Assembly: GCA_023334545.1 (NCBI GenBank)
Contig: JAADVB010000203.1
Coordinates: 1 to 35,537 of the forward strand
DNA length: 35,537 nt
Origin: Salisapilia sapeloensis CBS 127946
Taxonomy: Eukaryota > Protista > Oomycota
Direction: 5' to 3'
The translations under genes were made by a program, and so were the position numbers. Position 1 is the stretch's first letter. Each line of letters starts with the position of its first letter. Below the pieces are notes generated by a model. That model saw nothing but the letters and a program-made list of their open reading frames with translations, was not told the origin of the DNA and did no database searches. Shown in pieces: positions 20,212-30,179 of the stretch.

Positions 20212-20512
20212 GGTAAATAGGAAAGCTTGCCGGCGGGCGGATCTCCACTTGTGACTTGTAAGTCTTGTGACCTCCTTTCAGTCGTGCTGTTTGGCTCGGT
20301 TTGAGGCCAACCATTCCACCATAGTCAGAGCAAGTTTAGTCTGATTCGGACGGTAATCTAGAAGAATCAGATTCTCTTTTTCTTTCGCGAGGGTACAATA
20401 TCGAGCTATTTGAACACGAGATCTCGTTTTATTTGATTAGACGACTCGAGTACGCTTCAAGTCGATACTTTGAACACTTGACCATTCTATTGACAAGGTG
20501 CTACATAAAGAG

Positions 20513-21613
20513 ATGGCGGAGGAGACGCAGAATTACTCTGTCATCGTAGATTTCGTCTCGGGTGTCGTGGGGGGATGCAGTGGCATTATCGTCGGCCAGC
20601 CCTTTGATACCGTACACGTTTGACACTCGTGCATGTGAATGACAAAGCTAAACGTCGTATATAGATCAAAGTGCGATTGCAAACCCATAGCTCCTTCTAC
20701 AAAGGTCCGATCGACTGTGCGAAACAAACCGTAGGCTTAATATAGAAACGCTAGTTGGTCAGTGTTCACGCGATTTAATAGCTCCAACATGAAGGCTTCC
20801 ACGGCTTCTTCAAGGGACTGAGCTCCCCTCTCTTCGGCAGTGCGTGGACAAACGCAATCATGTTCTCTGCCTACGAACGTACACTGCAAGTCATTGGCGA
20901 CGATGCGATCCAACCTTCGATCCAGTCCGTTTGCATTGCGGGTACGTACCTATAGACGTATGCATAAGTTCAAGAGTACTAAGCGAATGGTAGGAACGAT
21001 TGGTGGGTTCTTCCAGACAGTAGCGTTGACTCCGACAGATTTGGTCAAATGTAGACTACAGGTACAGGACGGACATGAAAACAGTCACTACCGAGGTCCA
21101 GTCGACTGTGTCAAACACATTTTCAAACGTCAAGGTATCCGAGGTCTATTCACAGGCTACACCATCACCTTGTGTCGTGAAGTCCCGTCCTTTGCATTCT
21201 ATTTTGGCATGTACGAGTTCTCGAAGCGGAGGATGACGGAAGCAAACTTTAGTCCAGCAGCATCGATGCTCACGGCTGGAGGTCTCGCAGGCGTTGGCTC
21301 TTGGGCACTCTCGTTCCCCATTGACGGTTGCTCTTTAATGACAATAATGCATATACCCATCGTAGCTAATAGCTCATGTATAGTTGTTAAGTCATCCATT
21401 CAGACGTTGCCAGAGGAAGCTACCAAGGCAGAGCAGAAGATCATGTACCAAGCTCGGAGGCTGTATAAAGTCGGCGGTCCTCGCATCTTTGTCAACGGAC
21501 TGTCCACCGCTGTCGTGCGTGCATTCCCAGTGAATGCCGTCACGTTCTACGCTTATGAAGAGACATCGGCGTTGCTCAAGCGCCTCAGTTCGAATACGCA
21601 AGATTATTACTAG
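20513..21613 (+). CDS. Mitochondrial carrier (SLC25; carnitine/acylcarnitine or basic amino-acid carrier subfamily), ~295 aa, 5 exons
   Basis: Exons 20513-20611, 20665-20730, 20782-20941, 20994-21326 and 21384-21613. Three Px[D/E]xx[K/R] signatures: PFDTIKVRLQ, PTDLVKCRLQ and PIDVVKSSIQ. Also contains the YKGPIDC, YRGPVDC and RAFPVNAVTF motifs. Confidence 0.95.
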
Positions 21614-21760
21614 ATACTAGAGCACAGGCTTCATAGGACGAGGTGCTCCGACAGTGGTAACCAGCACTGGAAACTCGAATATAGCAATGTATTTGGTGCA
21701 ACCTTCGTACGACCATTCACGTTTGCATCTCGACATCATCTGGACACTTATAGATACACC

Positions 21761-22750
21761 ATGATACGGACGCTAGGTACTCGTTGTCTACCTTCATTAC
21801 GCTCTGCTGCTGCTTCCAAAACGGCATGTGTTAGACCCTTGTCTTTTGTAGTAGGTAAAGATGACGAATCGCTACTGAAAAAGTATTTGAAAGTTGGCAC
21901 TTCCATGCCGATATCTCCGGACACGACCTCTGCTTTCGAGACGATCTCCCTCTCGAAAGATGACGATCATATTGCTCACTTGGCATTGAACCGTCCTAAA
22001 TCGCGTAATGCAATGAGCATGCAGATGTGGGAGGAGCTTCGTGAAGCCTTTGACTGTATCGAACACGACGCGAGCGTCCGAGCTGTCATTCTCTCCGGAT
22101 CAGGTCCGTCCTTCACTGCTGGGATGGACCTCAATGTCTTTGCGATGATGCAGAAAGTAGCTAATGAAGAATCCTGTGAAGCTCGCAAGCGAGAAGGCCT
22201 TATGCGTGTTATTGATAATTTCCAGCACGTCATTTCAGCACCGGAACGCTGCCGTGTACCGGTCATCGCATCCGTTCACGGTCACTGCATCGGCGCAGGA
22301 CTTGATCTAATCACGGCATGTGACCTACGATATACAGAGACATCCGCCACCTTTTCTGTGAGAGAAGTAGAACTTGCAATTGTTGCGGACATTGGCACTT
22401 TACAGCGTCTCCCGAACTTGGTCGGAGAGCAGCAAGCCAAGGAGTTGTCCTTTACAGGTCGTGACTTTAGCGGACAAGAGGCCGAGTCGATGGGACTCGC
22501 TCTACGCTCTCTCCACGATAAAGAAGAGCTAGATGACTACGTATCCAAGGTTGCTAAAGACATTGCAAGCAAGAGTCCGCTCACCGTGCGTGGCATCAAA
22601 CAGACGATTCACTACCAACGAGACCATACCACGTCTGATGCACTGCAGCAAGTAAGCTACCACAATGCTTCGACACTGTACAGTGACGATCTAGTGCAGG
22701 CTTTTAGTGCGATCATGGGCAAAACATCACCAACTTTCCGAAACGATTAA
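21761..22750 (+). CDS. ECH1: Crotonase-family enzyme, delta(3,5)-delta(2,4)-dienoyl-CoA isomerase-like (329 aa), with probable mitochondrial presequence
   Basis: LNRPKSRNAM, FTAGMDL, PVIASVHGHCIGAGLDLITACDLRY and EVELAIVADIGTLQRLP. The N-terminus is Arg/Ser-rich. A possible in-frame 66-nt intron near the 5' end cannot be excluded. Confidence 0.88.
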   Translation: MIRTLGTRCLPSLRSAAASKTACVRPLSFVVGKDDESLLKKYLKVGTSMPISPDTTSAFETISLSKDDDHIAHLALNRPKSRNAMSMQMWEELREAFDCIEHDASVRAVILSGSGPSFTAGMDLNVFAMMQKVANEESCEARKREGLMRVIDNFQHVISAPERCRVPVIASVHGHCIGAGLDLITACDLRYTETSATFSVREVELAIVADIGTLQRLPNLVGEQQAKELSFTGRDFSGQEAESMGLALRSLHDKEELDDYVSKVAKDIASKSPLTVRGIKQTIHYQRDHTTSDALQQVSYHNASTLYSDDLVQAFSAIMGKTSPTFRND

Positions 22751-22858
22751 ACTCGATAAATGCAGATCATGTCCATTTCGTTTTCCTCTTCTTGCGATTT
22801 TTGCACTTATCTCTCTCTCTCTTGGTTGCAAATTTCTCCACTCTACCCTACGGCCTTC

Positions 22859-25800
22859 TTAATCACCTCCGCCGCCGCGTGCAGCAATGGCAGCCATTAG
22901 TCCGCCTCGGCCACCGGCGTCTCCACCGCCACGACCGCCACCACCGCCGCGTCCTCGAGCAGCAATAGCGGCCATCAACCCGCCTCGGCCGCCGGCTTCT
23001 CCACCGCCACCACCGTCTTCTCCTCCATCGCCTCCACCACCGCCTCTGGCTGCAATGGCGGCCATGAGACCACCACGCTCGCCACCTCCGCGTCCTCTAC
23101 CTCGTCCGCGTCCACCGCCTCGGATGGCAGACATGAGGTCGCCACCGCCGCCCCCACCTTCATCGTCTTCCGGCTTTCCGCGTCCCTGGATACCAGCAAG
23201 CAGTCCTCCTCTGCCACCTCTTCCCCTGCCTCGTCCAGGCGCAGGAGCACGCTCCTCTCCTCCTCCCTGCTCTTCTCCACCACCTGACTCGGCAGCACTT
23301 TCAGCAGCATTCTTATCCTTGGCTTCCTTCATCAACTCCGTACGAAGCTTGAGCTTCCGTTCCGCACCACTGATCTCTCCTCCGCCCAAGTTCTTCATCG
23401 TCGCCTGGTTCTTCTCCTCCAGCTCATCCAGCAACGACCTAAGCGTCGGGATAGCAGCACGTAGACGCTTGTCTTCTGCCTTAACATCATCCATCCGGTC
23501 TTCCATACCCTTCAGACAATCCAGCAAAGCTTCACAGAACATGGAGCACAGCTTGCTTTCCAACGCAGATCGAGTATCCGGACTGTCCTTGCTCGGATCA
23601 CGCTTACCCTTCAAGTTCATACCCGACCGCTCGGAGAACTTGAACGCCATCAAACGCTGGTCATTCACCAGTCCACCAAACTCGGCTAGCTCCACCTTGA
23701 TGGTCGCAGCAGACTCGGTGCGCTGTACACGATGCTTGAGTCTCGTCTGGAACCACTGCAGCTGCTTGGACTCGATCTGGTCCAAGGACGTGTCGATGGT
23801 TTCACACACACCGTTCGCTTCGGCGGCCAGACGCACGTTCTTGTAGTGAGCTTTCAGCAGATCGGAACGAGCGTTCGCAGCCTTCTCTCGCGCCAACGCC
23901 TTGGCTTCTTCCATCGCCTTCTTTCCTTGATCATCCGGAGCTCCCTTCTCGACGGCAGACTCCATGTAGACGTCTCCGTCTGGGAAGCCAAAGTCCTGAT
24001 CGTACGCAGGAGATCGATCGGCCTTAATTGGACACTGCTTGCCAAGCATCGGACAACCAATATCTGGATCGTCTCGCGTCGCGTACGGATGGTTGTCCGC
24101 CGGACCGTACTGCTGCACGTGCTTATTGTACGTATTCACGACGGTCTTGAATGTCTCTTTCAGCGTCTTGAACCAATCGTACTTCTTCTTCGTCAGCTCT
24201 TCACCTTGCTGCGCTTCCCATCCAGCAGCCACGTCTTTCAAGTGAAGGTGCAAAGCTCGACGCTCCGTGACCGTCAGACCAGTGTATCGCATATTTACTA
24301 GCAACGAAGGGTGACTTTTGCCAATGTCCTCTGGCTTCATACGCAGCAGCTCCAAGATATTCGTTCGCTTGAACTTGAGCGCCACGTCTCGAGGGAACTT
24401 TTGACCGTTCGGAGTCGTCAGCGCCTGAAGCTGCTTCTCCGACAAGTTCTTCACTTCCACTGGCATCATACGCCGAATGGCGTACAGCGCCTGCTTATTC
24501 GCTTCCAGGTTCTCCTCTTCCCACTCGCGCTCCTTCCGCTCTTGCTCCTGCGCATACTCGTCCGTCATCATCATGGCGTTATTGTACTTTTCCATATCCT
24601 GTTCTAATCGATAGTACTCTTCCCGCAGCTCTTGCTGAACGGCAGGATCCGGATGCGTCACATCTGCAGATCCGATCTCTTGCATACGTTTCGCAATTTC
24701 CTCCACCTTCTCCTTAGCTTCTTCATACGGAATGTCGGCACCGACAGCAATACCAGCTTCATTCAGCAGTTTCTCAAGCTTCAGCAGACGACGCAAGAGC
24801 TTAGCCTGGTCATCTGAAATGTCCATCTGCGCCAATCGGTCCGCCGTACTCGGTTCATCCGACTTCTCTTCCTTCTGACGCTTACTCTTGTTGCTCTTGA
24901 GCTTATTCACTTCGTCTTGCAGCGCCTGGATCTTGGCGTCATACGAGTTGATGCCGTCGAAGAATGCATTGATGCTCGACTCGTCCACGCCGTCCGTCTC
25001 CATCACCTTCTGCACATCCTCACGACTCGTACCGTCGGAGATCATTCGCCTGTACTTGGCAAACTGCGTCGGCTCCTGGTATCCGCCTTCTCCACCTTCT
25101 TGCTGGATGCGCTGGTTGGCTTCAATCAACTTCTGCGCTTCCTCTTGCGCACGTCGAGCCTCCGCTTCCTGCTTATCAGCCTCCTCCTTGGCCTTAGCGG
25201 CCTCCGCCATGGCTTTCTCAACAGCAGCACGACCTTGCTCCTGCTCAGTCTTGGCAGCAGCCATAGCGGCCTCAGCCTTGCGATGCGCCTCCTCCAACAA
25301 GATACGAGCCTTCTCTTCCATAGCACCAGCGTACTCGTTCGCTTCATCCGCTTCCTTCGCAGCCTCCGTCTTCAGTTTGACCATCTGATCCTCCGAGTTC
25401 TTGAGTTCTTCCGCGAGTTTATCACGCTGCTGTTCCTCTTCGTACGCCAACGCCTTGTTAATGTACTCGAGTGCGAGTGTAAGGACACCACCAGACGATC
25501 GGTTACCGAGCGCCAGAGGATACTTTTTCGTCGTCTTCTCCATATTCGGTAGAGATTTAAGCGGAATAGTCAACGTCGCCAAGAGCTCCGTCGGTTTGAA
25601 GACGTGCATATCAAAGACACGGATTTCGACGACCATGTCATCGTCTGGCGCTTCGAAGGACGCAAAGTTATCTTGTCGCCAGACAGGAGAGCGTTTATTG
25701 CGGACTACAGACGTCTTAAACGTCTCGGCACCGACGGTTACTTCGCACATGCAATTGACAGAGCTGTTCTCCTTTGCCAAGTTGGTCGCAGATACGACCG

Positions 25801-27214
25801 TGCAGTGGATGACAGGCGTCGAGAAGGCTTCGTAGTTGAACTGGGAGAGACGACCGCCGCCACGACGATCCAGCAGATTCGAATTGCTGTCCATGTCCAT
25901 ACTGTCCGTACGCTGCGAGCGCAACGTGTGCAGCTGCGCGAGCTGCTCCGTCGTATTGAGCGTCCGACCGACGGTCTTACTGGCGTCGATGGCCAGCTTG
26001 ATGGCGTCCATCCACCCCTTCTTATCCGACTCGCTCGTGCATGCCATGACCAATCGCCGATCATCCACACGCAACTCGAGCAGGAACTGAGCTGTCACAT
26101 GGGGCGCTTTGCACACGACGTCGTTGGTCGCGGGGAGCGACCGGACTGTGCAGCGATGGTTGAGGAAGCTCAGCACACCTCGTGACTGGGTAGCACTTGG
26201 GTTCTTAAAGTACTCGATCTTCGAGACGCTCAGGACAAAGTACCGTGATTTCCATTGACGCATGAGCCTCGCCTGCTTGTACATTCGTCCCTTCTTGATC
26301 GTCGCGGCTTGGTTGTCCATGATCAACTGCGCAATGGTCTTGCTGTCATCCGTATCGTTGCCCATCTTGGACGAATGTGATCCGGATCGACGCTGGCGTT
26401 GAATACTCGATGCTCGGATGCGGAAGCTTTCCGAGTGCCGAGAGTTCACGCGCTGGACGTCCGCAAGTTTGTCTTTCGGTACGAACTGCAAGGTCTTGGG
26501 TGGCTGTGCTTGACGCAAAACCTGCATCACATCATTGTACGGCATGCAAAGTACGTCTACGTCGTTCACTTTGTACACAATGTCACCGACGGTGATCTGG
26601 CCACTCGTCTTCGCCTGGCCTTTCAACGCACGGACGACGGCACCGTCGATACCGTATCGAACGGCTTCTTCCAGATTCAGTCCCATCGGACCTTCGTCAA
26701 AGACGACAGCGTATGTAGTCAGTTCCTGATCCAACGCTTCGTCGTTTTGGATTTTACGCTTTTCCTTGGCCAACGCCTGCCTGCGCTGTTCATCGATCTC
26801 GAACGAGATCGCGAGCGGACGAGGCAGTTTTCGGATGAGATCGATGGCGTCTTTAAAGCCGAGCTTATCGACGTTTTGGCCACCGATCGCGACGATCAAG
26901 TCGCCACTCTGCACTTTGTTTTCGAGCAGTGGGTTGTCAATATTGTCAATGGAGAGACCGTGGTCGATGACACCGTCTCGAGGAGGCGTGAGCTTTACCC
27001 CGAGCTTTTCCTTCGGCGGTAGTTCGATGACCACGACCTCTGGCTCGTTCCCATTTGACTGTGGTGGTTCATCTTCACTCACGTCCCCATTCGACTCGGA
27101 CATTTCATCCTCACTTTGCTGTGGGGCATCCGGTCTTTCCGTTCCACACGCGACACAAGAATCCATGGACTCTTCATTCTGATCGAATTCACAAGCAGAG
27201 CACGTCCACGCCAT
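22859..27214 (-). CDS. Multidomain protein: RanBP2-type ZnF - PDZ - PDZ - PH - C2 - coiled coil - SAM-like - Gly-rich tail with repeated LMAAIAARG helices (1451 aa)
   Basis: ZnF WTCSACEFDQN..SCVACGTERP. PDZ1 EKLGVKL...VQSGDLIVAIGG. PDZ2 VVFDEGPMGLNL...VGDIVYKVNDVDV. PH KKGRMYKQ...WKSRYFVL...KKGWMDAIK. C2 CTVVSATNLAK...CEVTVG..FKTSVVRNKRSPVW. One uninterrupted ORF. Confidence 0.93.
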   Translation of the reverse strand: MAWTCSACEFDQNEESMDSCVACGTERPDAPQQSEDEMSESNGDVSEDEPPQSNGNEPEVVVIELPPKEKLGVKLTPPRDGVIDHGLSIDNIDNPLLENKVQSGDLIVAIGGQNVDKLGFKDAIDLIRKLPRPLAISFEIDEQRRQALAKEKRKIQNDEALDQELTTYAVVFDEGPMGLNLEEAVRYGIDGAVVRALKGQAKTSGQITVGDIVYKVNDVDVLCMPYNDVMQVLRQAQPPKTLQFVPKDKLADVQRVNSRHSESFRIRASSIQRQRRSGSHSSKMGNDTDDSKTIAQLIMDNQAATIKKGRMYKQARLMRQWKSRYFVLSVSKIEYFKNPSATQSRGVLSFLNHRCTVRSLPATNDVVCKAPHVTAQFLLELRVDDRRLVMACTSESDKKGWMDAIKLAIDASKTVGRTLNTTEQLAQLHTLRSQRTDSMDMDSNSNLLDRRGGGRLSQFNYEAFSTPVIHCTVVSATNLAKENSSVNCMCEVTVGAETFKTSVVRNKRSPVWRQDNFASFEAPDDDMVVEIRVFDMHVFKPTELLATLTIPLKSLPNMEKTTKKYPLALGNRSSGGVLTLALEYINKALAYEEEQQRDKLAEELKNSEDQMVKLKTEAAKEADEANEYAGAMEEKARILLEEAHRKAEAAMAAAKTEQEQGRAAVEKAMAEAAKAKEEADKQEAEARRAQEEAQKLIEANQRIQQEGGEGGYQEPTQFAKYRRMISDGTSREDVQKVMETDGVDESSINAFFDGINSYDAKIQALQDEVNKLKSNKSKRQKEEKSDEPSTADRLAQMDISDDQAKLLRRLLKLEKLLNEAGIAVGADIPYEEAKEKVEEIAKRMQEIGSADVTHPDPAVQQELREEYYRLEQDMEKYNNAMMMTDEYAQEQERKEREWEEENLEANKQALYAIRRMMPVEVKNLSEKQLQALTTPNGQKFPRDVALKFKRTNILELLRMKPEDIGKSHPSLLVNMRYTGLTVTERRALHLHLKDVAAGWEAQQGEELTKKKYDWFKTLKETFKTVVNTYNKHVQQYGPADNHPYATRDDPDIGCPMLGKQCPIKADRSPAYDQDFGFPDGDVYMESAVEKGAPDDQGKKAMEEAKALAREKAANARSDLLKAHYKNVRLAAEANGVCETIDTSLDQIESKQLQWFQTRLKHRVQRTESAATIKVELAEFGGLVNDQRLMAFKFSERSGMNLKGKRDPSKDSPDTRSALESKLCSMFCEALLDCLKGMEDRMDDVKAEDKRLRAAIPTLRSLLDELEEKNQATMKNLGGGEISGAERKLKLRTELMKEAKDKNAAESAAESGGGEEQGGGEERAPAPGRGRGRGGRGGLLAGIQGRGKPEDDEGGGGGGDLMSAIRGGGRGRGRGRGGGERGGLMAAIAARGGGGGDGGEDGGGGGEAGGRGGLMAAIAARGRGGGGGRGGGDAGGRGGLMAAIAARGGGGD

Positions 27215-27471
27215 TTTGTGCTATCCAGACCGGCTCGAAAACAAGAAAAGTAGAGAAGATTTTAAAAGCAATCAATAGACTGTCCAATTTGTACAAGCCT
27301 CGTACACTCCTTCCTTCACTAGTGTAGGTCGAAGGGGAGATAAGGACAATGCTGTATGTCACGTAGCCTCCTCTCACAGAGAACGATCGCGATACTGCGA
27401 TGCCAAACGAGATTTTCGCTGTCGATGGATTTGTAACCCCGAGTAGATTTAGTCTCGATCTCCTATTTTGA

Positions 27472-27476
27472 CCAAT
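27472..27476 (+). promoter_or_regulatory. CCAAT box in the divergent promoter between the PDZ-PH-C2 gene and NUP93
   Basis: GACCAATCA lies about 50 nt upstream of the NUP93 ATG. A similar TCCAATCA lies upstream of the TPX2-like gene at 4491-4498. Confidence 0.4.
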
Positions 27477-27524
27477 CAAAATCCACCAGGCGGATGGACA
27501 AGACACGACTCGTGACAACGAACG

Positions 27525-30137
27525 ATGGACGTGGATTTCAAAGCGCTTTATCAGAGCTCGCTCAAGCTCACGACGGCTGCAGGAGATGCAGGCATCCCGA
27601 GACTTAATCGCGGACTCGAGCAGCTAGATAATTCGTCGAGGGAGAATGGATCAAGGAAAAACCAGGCTGCTCAAATGGATAAAGCCAAGTTTTTGCTCGC
27701 GACCAAAGGCATTGATGCAGATAAATTGTCCAAGGATCTACAGTCGTTTGAGATGACACCAGAGGCTGGATCGGAAGAACCGCTTGAACCTACGGATGTC
27801 GACGGATATCTTTCGCATCATCAGGAGACAATCCAATTGACAGCGCTAGAAGACGTTTCGCGTCGAACAATGCAAGCGACGCATGATCGTACAAACCAGG
27901 CAATGATCGACGACTTTGAAATTGCGAAAAAGAAATTTTTGGAAAGACTAGGTGGTTCTGCTGCGGGCGTACAGAGCTATCCGCGTGTCCTCAGTAATGA
28001 AGGGCCTCGCCGTATCTTTGGCAGTAACCAAGAGAGCGAAACGAAATCCATTGGTCTCACTGGCTACACTAGTCACCAACCCAGTAGCTCCAGTAGAGAC
28101 ACGCCAATGCGTCTATCGCATTTGCACCAAAACGTTCCATCGTCTTTGACGGAAGAGATGGGCAAGTACCTCAAGGTAGTCGAGCGATTGAATGAAAGCC
28201 GAGTGCCCAACGGTCGCAGTCGATTCGACCTTATCGGTGAATTGCAGCAGGTTGCACAGGAGTATGCTTCTCCATCGACTGCCAACTCCAAGTGGGAGCA
28301 CGTCCTCAAGTGCTGGCAGCTACTCTCCTCCATGCTCAATTGCGCTTCGAAAAACTCGCCACTCTCTGAACGGCACTTTACAGGTCTGAACGAGTCCCTC
28401 GAGTCGGATGAGACGCATCAATCACGCCTTCTCTTCGCCCAAGGAGCCCAGTCTTTCCTTGAGGACCAGTACAAGTCCCTTATCCAGCGCACGGTCCAAC
28501 GCCATGAGCTCGCGACGGGTGGATCTCCTGGTTTGATCCCAATCGTACGCGCGTTTGTAAAGTACATACAGTCCTCTCGATATGCCGCCGACGGTCGACG
28601 AGACGATGCGGATCTAGAGCTAAATGCATGGGCGCTGGTCTACTTTTCTCTGCGCTCCGGCGGCCGAAAGGAAGCGGTCGAGTTGGCGCAGCAGGCTGGA
28701 GAAGCTGGAGATGACACGTTCGACACTGACGTGTTGGCTGCTTTGAAACACTTGGCGAGAGACGACCGACAGGATGCAAGTAAGGCATTCTTGGTGCAAT
28801 ACCCGGACGAGCATGCTCGTCTGAGCAAGCGATATGAGGATCTGGTGGCCAAATCTGATGCCTCGAACGTCGTCAACGTGTACGAGCGTTCTGTTCTGAA
28901 CCTTTTGACCCTTTCCAACGCGAACGCGAGTGAACAGAAGGTTGCGACAACGATCGAAGACTACTTGTGGCAGCGTCTGTGCTTCATCCAGCCTTCATCT
29001 GACTACAATATCTTCCGTCTAGCGCGTAGTGTCCAAAAGTTCGGTCCGGACTACTTTGAAGAGCCATCTACAAGCGCAACCAACTTTTCCTCCTTCCTTT
29101 ACTTTGAGATTCTACTCCTGACACAGGACTTTGAAAAGGCTGTGACCTACGCAGCATCAAAGGGCTTTATGATCGAAGCGGCGCACTTTGCTCTCGCTCT
29201 CAACCACTACGGACTCATCCGTAGCTCCATCCTCCAGGCTTCCCATGACGATGCTCAGCTGGACTATGTCCGTCTCATCCGCCAGTATATACACTCCTTC
29301 CAGCGTGCCAACGCTCGGGAAGCAGCAGAGTACGTTGTTACAGTCTCCGATACATCTGCACGTAGTGAGATGCTGGCGGAGTTGCTGCTGGATACGCGTC
29401 AATTCGAACTGCTCGCTGGATCCACTAGCAACACGGACGGTCTGCGCTCTCGAGGTGCTCTCGATCGACTCCTGCGCAATGAGCCAGAGGACGAGATCAA
29501 GGAACTTGTGCTCAACGCTGCTCGAAAGGCAGAAGCTCGCGGACGACCGCATGATGCTTTATCGTTGCTAAAGACCGCGGGTGACATTGAAGGCGCAATC
29601 ACATTGCTTAATGTCCAGCTGAGCTCTACGCTAAGTGCTCCACCTGTGGAGCGCCAAGAGTGGTTCCGCCTCGCACAGGAGTTTGCCGAGCAATGGATGC
29701 GCTTCCCTTGGGTGCAACGACTCGCGAACATGTACGCCCGATCGTCGGCTGTGGCATTGCAGACATTGTTGAACATGAATGTCTTCCTGGAACTGTTTGA
29801 GAAGCAGCAGTATGCCGACGTCATTCGCTTCGTGGACGAATTGCAATTGCTACCGACCCCGCAGCACACGAACTTGTCGATCTGTGTCGATCGGTTCCTG
29901 GCTTTCGATGAGACTGTGCGACAGAACTTCCACGTGCTGCTACTAGGCTACGTCGAGAGTCTCGTGCGCGAGGCTGAACGAGTAAAAGCAGAGCTTAGTG
30001 GCGAGGACAAGAGGAAGAGTGTGGCGCAGCTGCGTGAAAAGTCGGAACTTGTGGTGACGTTTGCCGGGATGGTCAAGTTCCGACTGCCAACAGGTACGAA
30101 TGAAAGATTGAACCGGATGGAAACGATGATCTACTGA
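27525..30137 (+). CDS. NUP93: Nuclear pore complex protein Nup93/Nic96 (870 aa)
   Basis: LPRLNRGLEQL-type N-terminus, KAKFLLATKGID, DVDGYLSHHQE, WALVYFSLRSG, ATTIEDYLWQRL, YFEILLLTQDFEKAV and EAAHFALALNHYGL. The protein is all-helical and of the expected length. Confidence 0.95.
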   Translation: MDVDFKALYQSSLKLTTAAGDAGIPRLNRGLEQLDNSSRENGSRKNQAAQMDKAKFLLATKGIDADKLSKDLQSFEMTPEAGSEEPLEPTDVDGYLSHHQETIQLTALEDVSRRTMQATHDRTNQAMIDDFEIAKKKFLERLGGSAAGVQSYPRVLSNEGPRRIFGSNQESETKSIGLTGYTSHQPSSSSRDTPMRLSHLHQNVPSSLTEEMGKYLKVVERLNESRVPNGRSRFDLIGELQQVAQEYASPSTANSKWEHVLKCWQLLSSMLNCASKNSPLSERHFTGLNESLESDETHQSRLLFAQGAQSFLEDQYKSLIQRTVQRHELATGGSPGLIPIVRAFVKYIQSSRYAADGRRDDADLELNAWALVYFSLRSGGRKEAVELAQQAGEAGDDTFDTDVLAALKHLARDDRQDASKAFLVQYPDEHARLSKRYEDLVAKSDASNVVNVYERSVLNLLTLSNANASEQKVATTIEDYLWQRLCFIQPSSDYNIFRLARSVQKFGPDYFEEPSTSATNFSSFLYFEILLLTQDFEKAVTYAASKGFMIEAAHFALALNHYGLIRSSILQASHDDAQLDYVRLIRQYIHSFQRANAREAAEYVVTVSDTSARSEMLAELLLDTRQFELLAGSTSNTDGLRSRGALDRLLRNEPEDEIKELVLNAARKAEARGRPHDALSLLKTAGDIEGAITLLNVQLSSTLSAPPVERQEWFRLAQEFAEQWMRFPWVQRLANMYARSSAVALQTLLNMNVFLELFEKQQYADVIRFVDELQLLPTPQHTNLSICVDRFLAFDETVRQNFHVLLLGYVESLVREAERVKAELSGEDKRKSVAQLREKSELVVTFAGMVKFRLPTGTNERLNRMETMIY

Positions 30138-30179
30138 GGTTAAAGAAACAAGTACTTGCAATAGCTTTCTTTTCTTGCG

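Noticed and set aside
20105-20314. 69-codon ORF overlapping the RPS10 start
   Set aside because: It has no coding features and its ATG probably lies upstream of the transcription start, which I cannot place from sequence.
22887-23846. 319-aa Pro-rich plus-strand ORF (formin FH1-like look)
   Set aside because: It is the antisense shadow of the Gly-rich tail of the 1451-aa gene: GGN codons read as NCC/CCN on the other strand.
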